Source of the DNA: Sedimentisphaeraceae bacterium JB056
Lineage (GTDB): Bacteria; Planctomycetota; Phycisphaerae; Sedimentisphaerales; Sedimentisphaeraceae
DNA: 64,000 nt
Direction of reading: 5' to 3'
NCBI GenBank assembly: GCA_044440125.1
Contig: JBITAJ010000022.1
Coordinates: 256,001 to 320,000, forward strand
The notes under the pieces were generated by a model. The model worked only from the letters and a program-made list of their open reading frames with translations, was not told where the DNA came from and did not search any database. The position numbers and the translations under genes are program-made. Each line of letters starts with the position of its first letter. The first letter of the stretch is position 1. This document shows positions 59,611-64,000 of the stretch, in pieces.

Positions 59611-60960
59611 TTAATAAACAAGGTCTCTGAAGTTTTCTATTTTGTGGAAAGTAGCAATGTTGCCATTGTGAGCGTCATTAGAATCCAAATCACCGGAACG
59701 ACTCATAACAAGCAACGCATCATCTTTGATTACCATCTGTGGGTAATGTCTTGCGGATTTTTCAGATGGACCTATCGAAATCACACCTGCAAAACACCAG
59801 TCAATCATATTCTTTGAAAAATGAAGCACGAGTCTGCGGCGTTCATTATACGGCAAGTCGAATCTGTCTTTGTCAAGAAGCTCAGCCTTTGTCATGCTGT
59901 CGGTTGTCTGTGTACCTGCCATCCAATAGAGTTTAGTCTTTTCGTCATAGACAACACTGAACTTCATCTGACCACCCGGCAAAGGCACAAAGAAGTGTTT
60001 CTTACCGGAAGGAGCCGTTACAAATTCTGTCTTTATTGACCCATCTTTCTGCTCAACAGCTTTCATTACACACCCGATGTTTGATATACCGGAATTGAAA
60101 CGCATAAAGATGTGAAATGTATGTCCTGTTGAATCATACCAGTAGTGCTTTGGATCAAGAATCTGAACTACATTAGCCTCAAGCCATCCGCACGGCCATG
60201 ATACGATATTGCCTACCGTACCATTTTTTCTTATATATGTACGTTTTGTCCTGTACATATCAGGATAAAAAGACGGATAGAATGGTACTCCAAGCCACTC
60301 AAGTTCCTTATCGTTGACAGCTTTATAAAAAGGCATCTCTGAAGCAAATGTCCAACTCTCACGCTTTGTCAAATCCTTTGTCATATCACCACGCATAAGA
60401 ACAGGAATAAGCTCGGCAACCTTCCAGCCGCCTTTCATATCGCCCTTAGCCTCACGTTCCATAACCAGATAAACATAGTTGTCCTTATACCACACATTTG
60501 TTGCTGAACCATGCCATACCTGTTTATCTGTCAAATTAACTTTTTTAGACCATGTACTACCCCAGTCATCTGATGAAAGAATACCAAGATTACCCCGGTG
60601 CCCTATCATGTAAAGCTTATCACCGGCAACAAACGGACGAAAATGTATTAGGTCAAAATTCTTTCTGTAAACCCAGTTCTCTCCATCATCATCACTTGTA
60701 TAAATAAAACCAGGCCCGCCATTTTTAACTTCCGCTATCTTCGAAGCGCCACCGCCGCCAACACTGAAACTTCCTATTATTCTGCCATTCGGACAAACCG
60801 CAATCGCAGGATCATAGATACAACTGTTGACAGGATCTTCAACTTTATACAGCACCTTGCAATCATTAGCCAAAGGTTTTATCCTATGACAATCATCAAC
60901 CTTACCCGCAAAACACACACTGCAAACACAAACTAAAAATATGGTATTAAAAATTTTCAA
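59611..60960 (-). CDS. Secreted BNR/sialidase-fold protein (paralog 1 of a tandem triplet)
   Basis: Probable TTG start at 60960; SDDDGENW, SDDWGSTW, GWLEANVV, PGGQMKF and AHNGN motifs. Confidence 0.75.
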   Translation of the reverse strand: MKIFNTIFLVCVCSVCFAGKVDDCHRIKPLANDCKVLYKVEDPVNSCIYDPAIAVCPNGRIIGSFSVGGGGASKIAEVKNGGPGFIYTSDDDGENWVYRKNFDLIHFRPFVAGDKLYMIGHRGNLGILSSDDWGSTWSKKVNLTDKQVWHGSATNVWYKDNYVYLVMEREAKGDMKGGWKVAELIPVLMRGDMTKDLTKRESWTFASEMPFYKAVNDKELEWLGVPFYPSFYPDMYRTKRTYIRKNGTVGNIVSWPCGWLEANVVQILDPKHYWYDSTGHTFHIFMRFNSGISNIGCVMKAVEQKDGSIKTEFVTAPSGKKHFFVPLPGGQMKFSVVYDEKTKLYWMAGTQTTDSMTKAELLDKDRFDLPYNERRRLVLHFSKNMIDWCFAGVISIGPSEKSARHYPQMVIKDDALLVMSRSGDLDSNDAHNGNIATFHKIENFRDLVY

Positions 60961-60977
60961 TTCTCTATCCTTTTCCT

Positions 60978-61087
60978 CAATTAATGCGTCCGACAAAAGC
61001 AATAGACATCCATCCTGTCCTCAATATCTGATTAAAATCGTAGATTTTATCAGCAACGATAGACTTTTGTCGGCCTCGCCAATTAAT
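60978..61087. mobile_element. ~100-bp MITE-like insertion with nested inverted repeats and an 8-bp flanking direct repeat
   Basis: CAATTAAT at 60978-60985 and 61080-61087; CCGACAAAAG (60990) pairs with CTTTTGTCGG (61064); inner arms CTGATTAAAATC/GATTTTATCAG. Confidence 0.5.
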
Positions 61088-62405
61088 ATACTAATTTTCT
61101 AAAATCTTCTATTTTATGAAAAGTTGCTATGTTTCCATTATGAGCATCTTTGGATTCCAAATCACCGGAACGACTCATTATCAACAGATCATCATCATTG
61201 ATAACCATCTGACAATAATGCCTTGAGCTGCGTTCTGAAGGCCCTATAGCGACAACGCCCGCAAAGCACCAGTCAACCATATTCTTTGAAAAATGCAATA
61301 CAAGTCTACGGCGTTCATTGTCTGAAAGACAGTATCTGTCAGCAGGAAGCTTATCCAGTCTGGTCATACTGTCAGTAGCCTGTGTACTAACCATCCAATA
61401 CAGCTTCGTCTTTTCATCATAAACCACACTGAATTTCATCTGCCCGCCAGGAAGTGGAACATACAGATGATTCTTGCCCGAAGGAGTCTTTTGAAGCATA
61501 GTTTTTATACTTCCATCTTTCTGCTCGACTGCCTTAATCACACAGGCAAGATTTGTAACACCGGTATGCGCACGCAGGAAAATGTGAAAGGTATTTCCTG
61601 AAGGATCATACCAATAATGTTTAGGATCAACTATCTGAACAACGTTAGCCTCAAGCCAACCCGTCGGATGAAAACTCGAACCGCCTCTTAACCTTCTTTT
61701 TACTTCAGGATAAAACCCATCATAAAACGGAACGCCAAACCATTGAAGTTCTTTATCATCAACAACATCGGAGTAAACCATCTCTGAGGCAAATGTCCAG
61801 TTTTCTCTCTTCTTCAAATCTTTATTAACATCACCTCTAAGCAATACAGGAGCAAGCTCACTTACCGTCCAACCGCCTTTCATATCATGCTTGGCATGTT
61901 TCTCCATTACAAGATAAACGTAATTGTCCTTATACCATACGTTGGTAGCTGAACCATGCCATTTTTCCTTATCAGTTAAAGAAGCTGTCTCAGACCATGT
62001 ATCACCCCAGTCGTCAGAGGATATAACTTTAAGATTGCCGCTATGGCCAAGTATATAAAGTTTATTACCGGCAACAAACGGGCGAAAATGTGCCATTGAA
62101 AAATTGTACCGATAAGTCCAATTTTCACCATCATCGTCGCTTGTATAAACAAACCCTCTTCCGCTGCCTTTCTGAGCTTTATAACCTTTGCTGCCTGAGC
62201 CACCAAGACTGAAACATCCTATCAGTCTTCCATTCGGACAAACCGCGATCCCCGGATCATAGATATATGTATTCTTAGGGTTTTCCGTCTTATACAATAT
62301 CTTGCAGTCATTCGCCAATGGCTTTATTTTGCGGCAATCGTCAACCTTCCCCGCAAAACACAGACTGCAAACACAAACCAACGATATTATCTGGAATAAT
62401 TTCAA
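61083..62405 (-). CDS. Secreted BNR/sialidase-fold protein (paralog 2)
   Basis: TTG start at 62405 with AAGGAG; same motifs as paralog 1. Confidence 0.75.
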   Translation of the reverse strand: MKLFQIISLVCVCSLCFAGKVDDCRKIKPLANDCKILYKTENPKNTYIYDPGIAVCPNGRLIGCFSLGGSGSKGYKAQKGSGRGFVYTSDDDGENWTYRYNFSMAHFRPFVAGNKLYILGHSGNLKVISSDDWGDTWSETASLTDKEKWHGSATNVWYKDNYVYLVMEKHAKHDMKGGWTVSELAPVLLRGDVNKDLKKRENWTFASEMVYSDVVDDKELQWFGVPFYDGFYPEVKRRLRGGSSFHPTGWLEANVVQIVDPKHYWYDPSGNTFHIFLRAHTGVTNLACVIKAVEQKDGSIKTMLQKTPSGKNHLYVPLPGGQMKFSVVYDEKTKLYWMVSTQATDSMTRLDKLPADRYCLSDNERRRLVLHFSKNMVDWCFAGVVAIGPSERSSRHYCQMVINDDDLLIMSRSGDLESKDAHNGNIATFHKIEDFRKLVY

Positions 62406-62418
62406 TTCTCTCTCCTTA

Positions 62419-63732
62419 TTAATAAACCAATTCTCTAAAATCATTCACTTTATGGAACGTTACTATATTTCCGTTATGCGCATCCTTGGCTTCAAGATCA
62501 CCCGAACGGCTCATTATAAGCAAATCGTTATCCTTAATCACCATCTGGCAATAATGTCTTGAACTTCGCTCCGACGGCCCTATAGCCACAACACCGGCAA
62601 AACACCAGTCAAGCATATTTTTTGAAAAATGAAGTACAAGTCTGCGGCGTTCATTATCCGCTACATGAAAACGATCTTCCGGCAAAAGTTCTGCCCTTGT
62701 CATACTGTCGGTAGACTGCGTGCCGACCATCCAGTAGAGCTTTGTCTTTTCATCATAAACAACACTGAACTTCATATGCCCGCCGGGGAACGGAATATAA
62801 AAATGTTTTTTACCTGAAGGAGCTTCTACAAAATCAGTTGTTATACTGCCGTCTTCCTGCTCAACCGCTTTTATTACACATCCAAGATTTGTAACACCTG
62901 TATTAGTACGCATAAAGATATGAAAGGTCTTACCGCTTGGGTCATACCAGTAATGCTTAGGATCGGTTATCTGAACAACATTAGCCTCAAGCCATCCAAG
63001 AGGATAAACAACACTTCTTTTACTCATGCGTTTTCTTTCAGGATAAAAACTTGGGTAAAAAGGAGCACCAAACCATTCCAGCTCTTTATCATCTATCACA
63101 TCATGATAAACCATCTCAGAAGAAAAAGTCCAGTTCTCTCTTTTTGTCAAATCCTTATTCACATCACCACGCATCAATACAGGTGCAAGCTCTGCAACTC
63201 GCCAGCCGCCCTTCATCTCTGCAGGCTCATCCCGTTCCATCACCATATAAATATAGTTATCTTTATACCATACATTTGTTGCCGAACCATGCCACACTTG
63301 TTTTTCAGTAAGTTTTGTCGTTTCTGACCAGTTATCACCCCAATCATCAGACGATAAAACCTTCAAATCATCTTTATGCCCTACAATGTAAAGCTTATTG
63401 CCGGCAACAAACGGGCGAAAATGCCACATATTAAAATTGAACTTATAATCCCAATTCTCACCATTATCATCAGATGTGTATATAAAGGCATTGCCAGAAC
63501 CCTTTTCCGCCTGATATTTTTCACCGCCTGAACCGCCAAGACTGAAACAACCTATAAGCCTGCCATTTGGGCAAACCGCTATAGCCGGATCGTAAATATA
63601 TGTAGTTTGAGGATTTTCAGTTTTATACAACACCTTGCAATCATTTGCCAACGGCTCTATGCCTCGGCTATATGAATCGGTTATTGACATAAATATACTC
63701 AACATTGAAAATATTAAGAGATATGATTTCAT
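62419..63732 (-). CDS. Secreted BNR/sialidase-fold protein (paralog 3)
   Basis: Signal peptide; SDDNGENW, SDDWGDNW, GWLEANVV, PGGHMKF and AHNGN motifs. Confidence 0.75.
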   Translation of the reverse strand: MKSYLLIFSMLSIFMSITDSYSRGIEPLANDCKVLYKTENPQTTYIYDPAIAVCPNGRLIGCFSLGGSGGEKYQAEKGSGNAFIYTSDDNGENWDYKFNFNMWHFRPFVAGNKLYIVGHKDDLKVLSSDDWGDNWSETTKLTEKQVWHGSATNVWYKDNYIYMVMERDEPAEMKGGWRVAELAPVLMRGDVNKDLTKRENWTFSSEMVYHDVIDDKELEWFGAPFYPSFYPERKRMSKRSVVYPLGWLEANVVQITDPKHYWYDPSGKTFHIFMRTNTGVTNLGCVIKAVEQEDGSITTDFVEAPSGKKHFYIPFPGGHMKFSVVYDEKTKLYWMVGTQSTDSMTRAELLPEDRFHVADNERRRLVLHFSKNMLDWCFAGVVAIGPSERSSRHYCQMVIKDNDLLIMSRSGDLEAKDAHNGNIVTFHKVNDFRELVY

Positions 63733-63779
63733 AGGACAATCCTTTACAACATCCTTATAAAAAACACTTGCAAATGGTA

Positions 63780-64000
63780 TTAATACTTTGGCAACAGCAT
63801 AGAACCGGAATTACGATCCTGGTCAGAAGGTAGATTAACCTCAACTAATTTCTCGTCATCTCCATCATATTTAGCCACAGACCCGTCAGTTAAAGCGTAC
63901 ACGGCATTAGTCTGCTGACGTAAATTTTTATCAGCAACATTATACTGTTCGTACATGCTGCCTATCCATTTAGTGCTTGGGCCTTCATAGTCTGAAAATT
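63780..64000 (-). CDS. C-terminal end of a gene entering from the right edge; possibly a second pseudopilin-like (H-X9-DG class) protein
   Basis: Open frame FSDYEGPSTKWIGSMYEQYNVADKNLRQQTNAVYALTDGSVAKYDGDDEKLVEVNLPSDQDRNSGSMLLPKY*. The segment ALTDGSV resembles the C-terminal N-x-x-x-x-DGxV motif, but the His is not evident. Confidence 0.45.
   Translation of the reverse strand, partial: FSDYEGPSTKWIGSMYEQYNVADKNLRQQTNAVYALTDGSVAKYDGDDEKLVEVNLPSDQDRNSGSMLLPKY

Noticed and set aside
270..63327. The many short (60-220 aa) ORFs in the track that overlap long genes antisense or out of frame, e.g. 3406-3966, 17219-17854, 49878-50537, 55261-55773
   Set aside because: They are shadows of well-supported genes and show no family motifs.

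Overview
A 64-kb, almost entirely carbohydrate-catabolic region, mostly on the minus strand. A prepilin-type N-methylation/H-X9-DG protein, Cys-bracketed dockerin-like C-terminal tags and a planctomycete-type integrase-core IS remnant point to a Planctomycetota genome, probably Phycisphaerae (inference). Block 1 (1-10.7 kb): SSS and NRAMP-like transporters, a BNR sialidase-like protein, KdgK, Eda, a beta-propeller GH, an exported TIM barrel, an XylR regulator and an XylR pseudogene. Block 2 (10.7-18.2 kb): an IclR/isomerase/805-aa unknown cassette, and a divergent GntR/2-hydroxyacid dehydrogenase/HpcH aldolase operon. Block 3 (18.3-38.6 kb): a LacI-controlled operon headed by a pseudopilin-like gene, followed by non-catalytic LamG and CBM9-like proteins, five lyase-like enzymes, a sulfatase and an unknown helical protein. 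Block 4 (38.6-42 kb): an internally deleted IS, an FG-GAP protein and an SGNH esterase. Block 5 (42-64 kb): a second long minus-strand run with GH2 x2, YidR-like, sulfatase x2, GH130, a DHDPS-family enzyme, five related non-canonical BNR propellers and a beta-helix repeat protein, apparently again headed by a pseudopilin-like gene cut by the window edge. The most notable signal is a recurring 'pseudopilin + secreted proteins carrying a conserved ~45-aa four-Cys dockerin-like C-terminal tag' architecture, a candidate SusCD-independent polysaccharide-capture system. No rRNA, tRNA or CRISPR array was seen. All family assignments come from motif recognition by eye; no searches were run.
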